The notes beneath the pieces are model-generated. The model searched no databases, was not told where the DNA came from, and saw only the letters and a list, made by a program, of their open reading frames with translations. A DNA stretch of 64,000 bases, filler included, from a bacterium (GTDB lineage: Bacteria > JBBIVP01), in assembly GCA_037439705.1 (NCBI GenBank). It is 4 parts of 4 records of this genome, joined end to end, with 100 filler letters (N's around TTAATTAATTAA, not from the genome) between each part and the next. Parts side by side here need not be neighbours in the genome. Positions count along the whole stretch, not along the records: positions 39,320 to 57,860 come from JBBIVP010000019.1; positions 57,961 to 64,000 come from JBBIVP010000130.1; 2 more parts are not named here. One strand, 5' to 3'. Shown in pieces: positions 50,858 to 60,125 of the stretch. The first letter of the stretch is position 1; each line of letters starts with the position of its first letter. Position numbers and translations under genes: made by a program.

Positions 50858-50858
50858 T

Positions 50859-52508
50859 TTAACCTCCTGTAATTCCTATTGTTTTTATTATTCCATTAAG
50901 CATCTTTATTATGTCATTCAATACCCTGTTGAGTATGTATATTCCATCTTTCCTGCTGATTTTTGATGGCTCTATCCATCCTGAATATATGGGGTCATTT
51001 TTACAGGATTCAAGAGGTAAGAGATTTATTTCAAGAAGTCCTCCAAGGGATGGGTCCTGAAATGCAATATATATTAATGGAATCGGGTCATCTTCTTCAG
51101 GTGAGATACAATCCTCTGGAATTCCTATTTCAACAATCTCCTTTTCAAAATTTATTTTTTCAGGGAAATGTTTTGAATCTTTGTCCTTTACATATTCTGA
51201 TTTCAATTTCTTTGATTCAGCCTCAATGAGAAATTCTGCATATCCGTCATTATCCTGATCAAACCAGTATGGAAGGAATTCCCTCAATGACCTCGGTTTC
51301 TCAAAAAATTTATAGAATCTAAAACTCATTGTGTTTTTGAATTCTATACCTAATAATCTCAAAAGTGTGTTTATCTCCTTTGGAATGAGTTCATTAAACC
51401 TTCCCATTGTGATTGGCTCCGTATATTCTCCTTTTATTGATTTTGATATGTCATCAAGGAAATTTTTGACGATTCGTAGGTAATTCTCATTTATTACATC
51501 AGTAATAACTAATTGAACAATATCTTCCTCAAGACAGAGGGATTCCATTAATGGAAAGCATCCCCTGTAAACGTTTCCATCGCACTTCCAGTTTTCATAG
51601 GGTTCTGGAACATATTTCCAGTTTTCATCGCTTCCTTTTTTCCATTCAGCAGGGTCATACCTGTAAACCCTTATATCTATCTGGTCTCCAGAAGAAAGGT
51701 CTCCTGAATTATCCTCATCATTCCACATTATTATGTCGTCATAAGGGCATTTGTCTTTTTCATCTGGTGAAAAAATAAGTTCAAGAGCCCTTTTCAATCT
51801 TTCAAATCCAGATGAAAGTTCATTTCTACCGAGATTGAAAAGGTCTTTTCTCGCTTCACTGAGTTTTAAAAAATCCTTTGAGGTTGATGGAATGTAACCA
51901 ATAAATCTTATAAGTTCCAGTGGGTCCTCAAATAGCTGCTCGTAGGTTTGATATTTTTCCCGAAAGACATCAAGGAATTTATCTATTTCAAACTCGTAAT
52001 TCTGAGAAAGGAGTATATGAATCAGTCCATTGAGCAAGTCTGCAATTCCACCAATCAGTTGAGCCTCTCCTTCTTTCCATTCACCCATTACCAGAAACAT
52101 GTTTTCTCCAACAAAAATTGGTAGCGAATTGAAAGAATATCTGCAATCTTTTTTTTCTATTACCTTAACCGAATCCTGAATCCTTTTGAACAGGCTTTCA
52201 ATGGTGCTAAAAAACTGGGTTGCAAGCGCATCAACCCCTCCCTGAGGGCTTATTCCTCCCATCATGGAGGAGCCCATGGAAAGAAGTGATGAGAGTCCAA
52301 GAAGGTCTGAAAGAAGGAGTCCGTAGTTTGCACGACAATCTTCAGGATCAATGGCTTTTGCTTTCAGAAAGTTTTCTCTTGCGCTATCAGGATTTCCAAT
52401 TTTTAAAAAGCTTTCACCCTTTTTTATGTAGTCATTGAGGTCATCTTTTCCGCCACAGGAAAGGAAAAAACACATTAAAAAGAAAAAACAGAAACCATTC
52501 TTACTCAT
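50859..52508 (-). CDS. Hypothetical lipoprotein with N-terminal TPR and DxDxDG-type Ca-binding loops
   Basis: FLSC lipobox; DEDNSGDLSSGD, DQDNDGYAE. Confidence 0.7.
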   Translation of the reverse strand: MSKNGFCFFFLMCFFLSCGGKDDLNDYIKKGESFLKIGNPDSARENFLKAKAIDPEDCRANYGLLLSDLLGLSSLLSMGSSMMGGISPQGGVDALATQFFSTIESLFKRIQDSVKVIEKKDCRYSFNSLPIFVGENMFLVMGEWKEGEAQLIGGIADLLNGLIHILLSQNYEFEIDKFLDVFREKYQTYEQLFEDPLELIRFIGYIPSTSKDFLKLSEARKDLFNLGRNELSSGFERLKRALELIFSPDEKDKCPYDDIIMWNDEDNSGDLSSGDQIDIRVYRYDPAEWKKGSDENWKYVPEPYENWKCDGNVYRGCFPLMESLCLEEDIVQLVITDVINENYLRIVKNFLDDISKSIKGEYTEPITMGRFNELIPKEINTLLRLLGIEFKNTMSFRFYKFFEKPRSLREFLPYWFDQDNDGYAEFLIEAESKKLKSEYVKDKDSKHFPEKINFEKEIVEIGIPEDCISPEEDDPIPLIYIAFQDPSLGGLLEINLLPLESCKNDPIYSGWIEPSKISRKDGIYILNRVLNDIIKMLNGIIKTIGITGG

Positions 52509-52527
52509 TCTCTCCTCCTTTTTTGAT

Positions 52528-52557
52528 ACTTTAACCCATAAAGAAAATACATGTCAA
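52528..52557 (-). promoter_or_regulatory. sigma70 promoter of the lipoprotein-FadL operon
   Basis: TTGACA-18-TAAAGT on the minus strand; GGAGGAG RBS downstream. Confidence 0.55.
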
Positions 52558-52565
52558 GAGAAATT

Positions 52566-52627
52566 TTTGTAGAAGCACCTACACATTGTGATGAGGGGGA
52601 AAGGGGTTGGAGATTTGAGTTAAAAGG
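52566..52627 (-). repeat. 62-bp dispersed intergenic repeat, copy B
   Basis: Reverse complement matches 37982-38043 at 52/62 positions. Confidence 0.85.
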
Positions 52628-52718
52628 TTTCTATTTTGGTGATAGAGAGTGCTTTGAAAGGAATAGGGCTTACCATAAATCCCTTTCGTCAAAAAAGATA
52701 AGAAAATAAAAATGGTGG

Positions 52719-52743
52719 TTTTGGGGGGCTCCGCCCCTCAAAA
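52719..52743. repeat. GC-rich hairpin TTTTGG-GGGGC-TCC-GCCCC-TCAAAA (REP-like or terminator-like)
   Basis: 11-bp stem with one G-T pair, downstream of rsmA. Confidence 0.45.
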
Positions 52744-52785
52744 ATACCCCAAGGTGGTAACAATGCATGTGTACACTACAATTTT

Positions 52786-53562
52786 TTAAAAATATCTTTC
52801 ATGATTGGAATCTAAAAGATTGAAGAGGAATATAAATTCTTCCACTGAAATCTCTTCTGGTCTTTTTCTTGCCATATCTTCTGATATTTTGATGTTCAGG
52901 CTTTTCATCGCATTCTTCATGGTTTTTCTTCTCTGCGAAAAAGTTTTTCTAACAAATGCAGAAAATTCTGGAAATTTCTCGTAGGGAACAAGTGGTTTCT
53001 CTCTCTTCTTTAAAAAGACAAATGAGGAATCTATTTTTGGAGGGGGACTGAAGCAGTTTCTTGACATGAAGAATTTTATTTCCGGTTCTGCAAGGACATT
53101 TATGTTAACAGTTATTGCACCATAACTTTTGCTTTTGGGTTTGGCAATCAATCTTTCAGCATATTCCTTTTGAAGTGTAAGGTAAATATCCCTTATTTCA
53201 TGTTTTAACAGGAGGTTAAAAATCAAAGGAGTGGTAAGATAATATGGTATATTGGCAGTTACTTTGTTGGGATAATCCGCAGGTTCAAGGAAGGAAAAGT
53301 CAATTTTCAGGAAATCTCCTTTTGTTAAAATTAAATTTTCTGAGAACCTGAACTTTTTCTTCAATTTTTCGTAAAGATACTGGTCTATCTCGCAGGCAAT
53401 TACTTTTTTTGCTTTCATTAATAAAAATGATGTTAAAGCTCCATCCCCTGCTCCTATTTCCAGAACTACATCATTTTCATTTATTCCTGCACAATCCACT
53501 ATTTTTTTGAGTATATTTTTATCCCTTAAAAAATGTTGACCTAATTTTCTTCCCAAGGTCAA
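52786..53562 (-). CDS. rsmA: 16S rRNA dimethyladenosine transferase
   Basis: LGQHFL, EIGAGDGALT, ANIPYYLTTP, FSPPPKIDS; probable TTG start at 53562. Confidence 0.93.
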   Translation of the reverse strand: MTLGRKLGQHFLRDKNILKKIVDCAGINENDVVLEIGAGDGALTSFLLMKAKKVIACEIDQYLYEKLKKKFRFSENLILTKGDFLKIDFSFLEPADYPNKVTANIPYYLTTPLIFNLLLKHEIRDIYLTLQKEYAERLIAKPKSKSYGAITVNINVLAEPEIKFFMSRNCFSPPPKIDSSFVFLKKREKPLVPYEKFPEFSAFVRKTFSQRRKTMKNAMKSLNIKISEDMARKRPEEISVEEFIFLFNLLDSNHERYF

Positions 53563-54547
53563 TCCCCTTCCACCGAGAATAAACATCCGAATCAATTGGG
53601 TCCATATATCCCATGAGGAGATATTTCAGCCCCGTACATCCAACCATTGCTCCGTTATCCGTGCAAAGCCTTGGAGAAGGAATGAAAACTTCTACTTCCA
53701 TTTCTTCCGATAAACCTTTAGCCTTCTCTCTCAATCTTGAATTTGATGCTACACCTCCTGCTATAACAAGTTTCTTTGACTTCTTCATTTTTAACGCTTT
53801 TTTTACCTTATTAAAAACCGTGTCAAGAACTGCTTCCTGAAAGGAAGCGCACAGGTCTTCTATTCTGAAATTATTTCCCTTTTTCAGCATGGTTATAAGT
53901 GCAGTTTTTAATCCACTGAAGCTCATATTCAAATTCGGAGAGTTTTCCATGGCACGGGGAAATCTGTATCTGTTCGGGTCTCCGGCTTTAGCCAGTCTGT
54001 CTATTATAGGACCTCCGGGATATCCAAGACCAAGGGCTTTTGAAGCCTTGTCAAATGCTTCTCCTGCTGCATCATCAAGAGTTTTTCCAAGTAATTCCAT
54101 TTTCCCGATTCCTTCAACAAAAAATATGGATGTATGTCCTCCTGAGATGACAAGACCAAGAAATGGATATTCAACAGACCTTTCTAAAAAAATTGCATTA
54201 ATGTGTGCTTCAAGGTGGTCAACACCTACAAAAGGGGCATTAAGAGAAAGGGATATGGATTTTGCAAATGAAACACCTGTGAGAAGGGCTCCCATAAGCC
54301 CGGGACCTGTTGTGCACGCCACAGCATTTATTTCATTTAAATCAGATTTAGCCTTTTCAAGGACTTCCTTGAGCGCAACGGGCAGAACTTGAATATGCCT
54401 TCTTGCTGCTACTTCCGGGACAACCCCTCCAAATTTTGAATGAATTGAATCCTGAATGAAAAGAACATCTCCTATAACTTTTCCAGTTTCATCTATTATT
54501 GCAACACCTGTTTCATCACACGATGTTTCAATTCCAAGAACTTTCAA
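53519..54547 (-). CDS. tsaD: tRNA t6A synthase TsaD
   Basis: GIETSCDET, GGVVPEVAARRH, HLEAH, SGGHT, DDAAGEAFDK, CTDNGAM. Confidence 0.95.
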   Translation of the reverse strand: MKVLGIETSCDETGVAIIDETGKVIGDVLFIQDSIHSKFGGVVPEVAARRHIQVLPVALKEVLEKAKSDLNEINAVACTTGPGLMGALLTGVSFAKSISLSLNAPFVGVDHLEAHINAIFLERSVEYPFLGLVISGGHTSIFFVEGIGKMELLGKTLDDAAGEAFDKASKALGLGYPGGPIIDRLAKAGDPNRYRFPRAMENSPNLNMSFSGLKTALITMLKKGNNFRIEDLCASFQEAVLDTVFNKVKKALKMKKSKKLVIAGGVASNSRLREKAKGLSEEMEVEVFIPSPRLCTDNGAMVGCTGLKYLLMGYMDPIDSDVYSRWKGIDLGKKIRSTFFKG

Positions 54548-54552
54548 TTGAA

Positions 54553-56454
54553 TTAACCCATAACCTCTGAAAGTATGGCGAGATCAGATTCATTTCCTTC
54601 AACCTGAATGAGTCCTGAGTTTATAGCAGTAACCCCATCAAGTTCCTTTGTAACAAGCTTCATCAAAACGAGGTCGTATGTTTTTATAGTGCAAGAGGGA
54701 GACTCACATCTTCCTTTTTTCACATTCATTTCCCCATTTTTTATCTCAATGCACCATTCACCGCTGTTTTTTCCATGAACTATGTACTGGAGACAGGCAT
54801 TCCATTTTCCTGCCTTCTCCTTGTTGAACCTTGATGGAAATGCCTGAAAGATGAAATCAAGATTTATTTCAGGCACATTTTCAAGTTCGGAAAAGGTTAT
54901 TATCCCTTTTCCTGCCCTGAGTTCTTTCTTCATAACCTTTCCAACAGGATTCGTTGGTAGTCCTATTACGAATTCAACGAATTTTGGAACTTTGTAATCA
55001 GCAAGGTGTTTTTCTGCAAACTCTATTATTTCTTTTTCTGTGATCTTTTCTCCTATTTTTGGAACTATATAAGCCTTTACCTCTTCTCCGGAGATTTCAT
55101 CCTTTACACCTATTACAGCCACATCATGGGCCTTCGGATGCTTGTGAAGGAGGTCTTCTATTTCTTTTGGATATATGTTCTCTCCGCCTTTTATTATCAT
55201 ATCCTTTGACCTGTCAACTATATAAAAGAAACCTTCTTCATCCATATAACCTATATCTCCTGTATGAAGCCATCCATCCTTGAGTGTCTTTTTTGTTTCA
55301 TCCTCTTTCCCGAAGTATCCTACCATAACATTGTCCCCCCTTATTACTATTTCTCCTATCTGATTTGGTCCAAGAAAATTTCCGTTTTCGTCCATAATTC
55401 TCACTTCCTGTCCTGGAAGGGCTGGACCTATTGAGCCAACTTTTTTCTTTCCTCCCCTTCTGTGAATGGTGCTTGCCACAGTTCCCTCTGTCAATCCATA
55501 TCCCTCAAGAATTTCTATTCCGAATTCATTTTCAAACTCAACTATTCTTTCCGGAGGCATTGGAGCAGCGCCACAAACTCCGAATTTTAATGAAGACAGG
55601 TCATATTTTTTGACTGTATCCTTTGCCTCAAGAAGAATTTTGTAAACCTTCGGGACAGCACTGAAAAATGTGCATTTGTATTTTTCTACAGTTGGACCAA
55701 ATTCACGAACTGAAAACTTTTTAAGGAGGGCTATCTTGAAACCTCTGTATATGCCACTCATCATGGACATCATTGCATTAACATGAAACAATGGAAGGAA
55801 AATAAGAGCGCATTCATCTTCTTCTGCTTCATCCCCTCTTTCCGGACCGAGAGCCTTCCTCAAGCCTGCCAGTGTATAACAGGTATTCCAGTGAGTAAGG
55901 ATTGTTCCTTTGGGCTTTCCCGTTGTTCCCGATGTGTAAAATATAAAGGCGTGGTCATTTTTTTCAATTGGAATTTCCTGAAGTTTATCGCTTTCTTCCG
56001 ATAAAATTTTAGAATAGGAGAGACATCCTTCAGAAATGGTTTCTCCCAGTTCTATTATGCGTTTCAGGTATTTCAGTTCACCTTTTATCCCTGAAATGAC
56101 TGGAAGAAATTGTGTCTCAAGAACAATTGCCTTTCCCATTGAATCGTTTAGTTCATATTCAAGTTCTGAAGGCTTGAGGAGGATATTTATGGGGCAGGCA
56201 ATGGCTCCAATTTTTACCGCTGCACAGGTTGCTATAAGATGTTCAGGAGAGTTCGTCATATATATGTAGACCACATCTCCCTTTTTTACTCCGAGTTTTA
56301 AAAGTCCATTGGCAAACCTGTTCACAAGCCTGTTGAACTCTCCGAACTTTATTTCCCTTCCATAAAAGAATATATAGGGTTTATTTTCACTTTCTTCAGC
56401 CCTTCTTTCTATCATCTCCCTTATATTGCTGTATCTCACCTCAACCTTTTCCAT
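54553..56454 (-). CDS. Long-chain acyl-CoA synthetase with C-terminal SCP2 domain
   Basis: YTSGTTGKPKG, GYGLTE, GWLHTGDIG, GGENIYP; C-terminal FPSRFNKEKAG..LDGVTAINSG.IQVEG. Confidence 0.88.
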   Translation of the reverse strand: MEKVEVRYSNIREMIERRAEESENKPYIFFYGREIKFGEFNRLVNRFANGLLKLGVKKGDVVYIYMTNSPEHLIATCAAVKIGAIACPINILLKPSELEYELNDSMGKAIVLETQFLPVISGIKGELKYLKRIIELGETISEGCLSYSKILSEESDKLQEIPIEKNDHAFIFYTSGTTGKPKGTILTHWNTCYTLAGLRKALGPERGDEAEEDECALIFLPLFHVNAMMSMMSGIYRGFKIALLKKFSVREFGPTVEKYKCTFFSAVPKVYKILLEAKDTVKKYDLSSLKFGVCGAAPMPPERIVEFENEFGIEILEGYGLTEGTVASTIHRRGGKKKVGSIGPALPGQEVRIMDENGNFLGPNQIGEIVIRGDNVMVGYFGKEDETKKTLKDGWLHTGDIGYMDEEGFFYIVDRSKDMIIKGGENIYPKEIEDLLHKHPKAHDVAVIGVKDEISGEEVKAYIVPKIGEKITEKEIIEFAEKHLADYKVPKFVEFVIGLPTNPVGKVMKKELRAGKGIITFSELENVPEINLDFIFQAFPSRFNKEKAGKWNACLQYIVHGKNSGEWCIEIKNGEMNVKKGRCESPSCTIKTYDLVLMKLVTKELDGVTAINSGLIQVEGNESDLAILSEVMG

Positions 56455-56520
56455 CTTTCTCCTCCTTTTTAAAAGTTATGAAAGTTTTTTCAATATGTCA
56501 AGAAAAATGGGAAGTAAATT

Positions 56521-57219
56521 TTAAAAGAGATTAAAATATCCACCAGTGGAAATAAGATGATAATATCGGGGAAGGTCCTCAAAAAAGTATGTTTCTAAAG
56601 TATATCCGCCCATAATATCAAATTTTTTTGTGTGGTACCTTATGCCGAATGGAAATACCAAACTGAAAAGCACACTTTTTTGGTAAGGCTCTATATCTGA
56701 TGGCTCAAGGTTATAGTAAAAAGAAAGTCCTGATTCAAGATAGAGGGAGTTTATTATCTCTTTTCTTATCAAAAATCCTCCTCCTGGGGAAGAGCTCAAT
56801 GTTCTGGAGAATATTCCACCAAGCGAAATATGGGTGTATCCCAAACCTGCTTCAAGTGTCCATTCTTTCATATACAGATTGTAATAGAATGAACATTCAA
56901 ATTTGTACCTTATTTCACCGTAAGGTAGAATTTCATACTCCTTCTCCATGCTGTCATAATAAAAGGCTCCCTGTCTTTTCAAAGGTATTGACCACCTTGA
57001 CCTTATTGAAAACCACTCCAGAGGTTTGATCACTGTAAATACTTCTCCACTTCTCCAGAGCCAGTTCCACCAATCTTCTATGCCTTTTCTTTCCAGCAAA
57101 GAAGTGTCTGTTATAAAATAATTTAAGAGAATTGGCTTATAATAATTTTTTTCTTCCTTTTCCTGGGAGAAGGATTTTAAAGTGAATACAAGGAATACGG
57201 TTAACCAAACCATCCTCAT
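56521..57219 (-). CDS. Hypothetical secreted/outer-membrane beta-barrel protein
   Basis: Signal peptide; aromatic-rich strands; terminal Phe. Confidence 0.55.
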   Translation of the reverse strand: MRMVWLTVFLVFTLKSFSQEKEEKNYYKPILLNYFITDTSLLERKGIEDWWNWLWRSGEVFTVIKPLEWFSIRSRWSIPLKRQGAFYYDSMEKEYEILPYGEIRYKFECSFYYNLYMKEWTLEAGLGYTHISLGGIFSRTLSSSPGGGFLIRKEIINSLYLESGLSFYYNLEPSDIEPYQKSVLFSLVFPFGIRYHTKKFDIMGGYTLETYFFEDLPRYYHLISTGGYFNLF

Positions 57220-57860
57220 TGGTAGGTAAGATATGCTTTATAAAGTGTAAGGAAATTTGTATTTTGAGCCCCAAGGTATATGTAATAACTCCCATCCCCT
57301 GCATCCCTCACAGCAATTTTGGTTACATCATCTGCATTAAACTTTGCATATTTTATTGGTTCCAGTGGATTTGAAATATCGTAGACAAATCCATAACCCA
57401 CATTTGTTCCGCCGAGAGAAGGCATATAATCAACAGCGAGGAAGATGAAACTGTTTGAAATTTTCATATCATTTATCTGATAGTAATCATCTCCCAGGAA
57501 TGTATTTGAGAGAAAAACAGGAGCTTGAGGGTCTGACAGGTTGTAAATTGTTAAGTATGCCCTTGAACCTATATAGAGAATCCCGTTCTTAAGAAGAACA
57601 GACCTTGGAAAACTTCCTGTATAGGCAGGATAAAAGAGTCCAAGGTATGAAAAAGATGGTTGTGTTTTAAAAATGTGATAGTGGCTTGAGGTTGTAAGAA
57701 CAACCAGGGTTCCGTTTTCATAGGTGCAGGATTGAGGGGTTTCATTCCCAAGATTCAGCCAGAAAATCTCAGATGGACTTGATGGATTTGAGATATCAAT
57801 CACCCCTATGTAGTCTGTTCCACCTACATAAAGCCTTTTTTCATAAGAAGAAGCTACAAT
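57216..57860 (-). CDS. LVIVD-repeat beta-propeller protein (5' truncated)
   Basis: VIDISNPSSP, IYNLSDPQAP, VYDISNPLEP repeats; frame open to the contig end. Confidence 0.75.
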   Translation of the reverse strand: MVASSYEKRLYVGGTDYIGVIDISNPSSPSEIFWLNLGNETPQSCTYENGTLVVLTTSSHYHIFKTQPSFSYLGLFYPAYTGSFPRSVLLKNGILYIGSRAYLTIYNLSDPQAPVFLSNTFLGDDYYQINDMKISNSFIFLAVDYMPSLGGTNVGYGFVYDISNPLEPIKYAKFNADDVTKIAVRDAGDGSYYIYLGAQNTNFLTLYKAYLTYQ

Positions 57861-57960
57861 NNNNNNNNNNNNNNNNNNNNNNNNNNNNNNNNNNNNNNNN
57901 NNNNTTAATTAATTAANNNNNNNNNNNNNNNNNNNNNNNNNNNNNNNNNNNNNNNNNNNN
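57861..57960. other. Artificial contig spacer
   Basis: N run with TTAATTAATTAA. Confidence 0.97.
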
Positions 57961-58938
57961 AGAGTTATAATAGAATCAGGACATTCAGACCTTACTCCGC
58001 GAATCCACTTAAAAGATGAACATGGTGAGACAAAGAAAAGACCTGGGACCAATGAATTTGCAAGGTTTACGCTTTCCAACAGAGTAATTCTAAATGTGAA
58101 AGAAGGAGATAGGGTTTATCCAGGAGATATTCTTGCAAAGAAACCCCGCGAAACTATGAAAACAAAAGATATAACTGGTGGACTTCCAAGAGTGGCGGAA
58201 CTTTTTGAGGCGAGGACACCCAAGGATGAAGCGGTTATTAGTGAGATAGACGGAAGGGTTGAAAAAATAATAGAGGAAAAGGGTAGAAGGAAAATAATAA
58301 TAAATCCTGAAGTTAAAGGTGGGAAAATAAGGGAATACATAATTCCCAGGGGGAAACATATAGCAGTTAGAGAAGGAGATTGGGTTGAAGCAGGAGAGGA
58401 GCTTACAGATGGTTCTCCAGACCCTGCAAAGGTTCTCGCGGTAAAAGGTGAGAAAGGTCTTGCTCAGTTTCTGGTGGATGAAATTCAGCAGGTCTATAAT
58501 CTTCAGGGCGTTACCATAAACAGCAAACATATTGAAATTATAGTGAGACAGATGTTGAGGAAGGTCAGGGTTAAGGACCCTGGAGATTCAGAGTTTCTGC
58601 CCGGTGACCCTGTTGATAAAGAAGTGGTTGAAGAAGAAAACGAAAGGTTAGAGAAGGAAAACAAGAAGAGAATAGAATATGAGTTTGCGCTTCATGGTAT
58701 TACACAGGCTGCTTTGAATACGGAAAGTTGGATTTCAGCAGCTTCTTTCCAGGAAACAACAAGAGTTTTGACAAGAGCAGCTATTGCAGGAAAAGTAGAT
58801 TACTTAAGGGGTCTAAAAGAGAATGTAATAATGGGAAAAATGATACCTGCGGGAACCGGTTTTTCAGAATTTCAGGATTATACTATTGAGCTGGATCTTC
58901 CGAAAGAGGAAGAGGCGCTTCGTTTGTTTGAGGAATAG
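57961..58938 (+). CDS. rpoC: RNA polymerase beta' subunit, C-terminal part
   Basis: DITGGLPRVAELFEAR, KHIEIIVRQM, SAASFQETT, LKENVIMG..IPAGTG. Confidence 0.97.
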   Translation, partial: RVIIESGHSDLTPRIHLKDEHGETKKRPGTNEFARFTLSNRVILNVKEGDRVYPGDILAKKPRETMKTKDITGGLPRVAELFEARTPKDEAVISEIDGRVEKIIEEKGRRKIIINPEVKGGKIREYIIPRGKHIAVREGDWVEAGEELTDGSPDPAKVLAVKGEKGLAQFLVDEIQQVYNLQGVTINSKHIEIIVRQMLRKVRVKDPGDSEFLPGDPVDKEVVEEENERLEKENKKRIEYEFALHGITQAALNTESWISAASFQETTRVLTRAAIAGKVDYLRGLKENVIMGKMIPAGTGFSEFQDYTIELDLPKEEEALRLFEE

Positions 58939-59009
58939 AATTCAATTTTTATTGAAAAAAAATGAAAATGAATAAAAATATACAAAAATAAAATTAAGGA
59001 GGTGAAACG

Positions 59010-59369
59010 ATGAAGAAAGTAGTAGCAGGAATAGTGGGTGTTGTTTTTGGGTCGGCTTTTTACCTTTATGCCCAGCAGACACCTCCAGAACAGGTGGTGA
59101 TAAAAGACATCCAGAAGATGCAACCCGCTGTAACATTTCCTCATCAGAAGCACTCAAAAGACCTCTCCATTAAATGTGTGGAGTGCCATCATACATACAA
59201 AGAGGGAGAGGCGGCTCAAAAATGTTCTTCCTGTCACAAAGCCGAAGCAGAGGGAAAAAAAGTGAGCTTGAAAGATGCCTATCACAAGACCTGCATTGAA
59301 TGTCACAAAAAGGAAAAGGCTGCTGGTAAGAATTCACCTACTCTCTGTAAGGATTGCCACAAGAAATAG
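59010..59369 (+). CDS. Tetraheme class III cytochrome c3
   Basis: Signal peptide; FPHQKH, CVECHH, CSSCH, AYH..CIECH, CKDCH. Confidence 0.9.
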   Translation: MKKVVAGIVGVVFGSAFYLYAQQTPPEQVVIKDIQKMQPAVTFPHQKHSKDLSIKCVECHHTYKEGEAAQKCSSCHKAEAEGKKVSLKDAYHKTCIECHKKEKAAGKNSPTLCKDCHKK

Positions 59370-59396
59370 AATTGCTCTGGGGAGGGAAGGTTTTTT

Positions 59397-60125
59397 ATGA
59401 AAAAGAAAATTCTAATTGTTGATGATAGTGCAGTAGTCCTTGCTACTTTAAAGGACAGGTTTGAAGAGGAGGGATTTGATGTCATTCTTGCAAGAAATGG
59501 AATTGAGGGATTGAAAAAGGCTGTTGAAGAACATCCGGATTTAATAATTTCAGACATTATCATGCCTCAGATGGATGGATGGGAGTTCTGTGAGTATGTG
59601 CGCGCAAATCCAGAAACCACATCAATTCCATTTATATTTCTAACGCAGGAAAAAGAGGCACCGTCAAAGATAAAAGGATTTTCCATCGGAGCGGACGATT
59701 ACATAACAAAACCTTTTTCAAAAGAAGAGATTTTAATTAGGGCGAAGAGCATAATCAAGAAAACGGAGGCTATTCTTGAGGCATCACGGAAAAAGTCTGA
59801 CCTTTTTGGTTCAGTAAAAGCATTACCTCTTTTTGACCTCCTACAGATGTTTTCATTTTCAAAGAAAACCTGCACAATAAAGGTGGAAAGAAAGAACGAA
59901 AAGGGGGAGATATATTTTCGTGGCGGTGAAATAATTGACTCAAAGGCATCAGAAAAAGATGGAATTTCTGCTCTATATGAGATACTTTCGTGGGAAGACG
60001 CTACATTTACCCTCACCCCTCTGGAAGAAAATATGCTAAACCTTCCCAAAAAAATTGCAAGGGGTGTAGATGAACTTCTTCTTGACTTTGCGAGGATTAT
60101 GGATGAAAAAAACAGAAAAAATTAG
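59397..60125 (+). CDS. Response regulator with C-terminal DUF4388 domain
   Basis: Receiver DD/D/K; G.V..LPLFDLLQM..GEIYFRGGEII..W..ATF. Confidence 0.85.
   Translation: MKKKILIVDDSAVVLATLKDRFEEEGFDVILARNGIEGLKKAVEEHPDLIISDIIMPQMDGWEFCEYVRANPETTSIPFIFLTQEKEAPSKIKGFSIGADDYITKPFSKEEILIRAKSIIKKTEAILEASRKKSDLFGSVKALPLFDLLQMFSFSKKTCTIKVERKNEKGEIYFRGGEIIDSKASEKDGISALYEILSWEDATFTLTPLEENMLNLPKKIARGVDELLLDFARIMDEKNRKN

Noticed and set aside
52627-52660. GTTTC..TTTGAAAG 34-mer resembling a solo CRISPR repeat
   Set aside because: No second copy in the window; only the ends are similar
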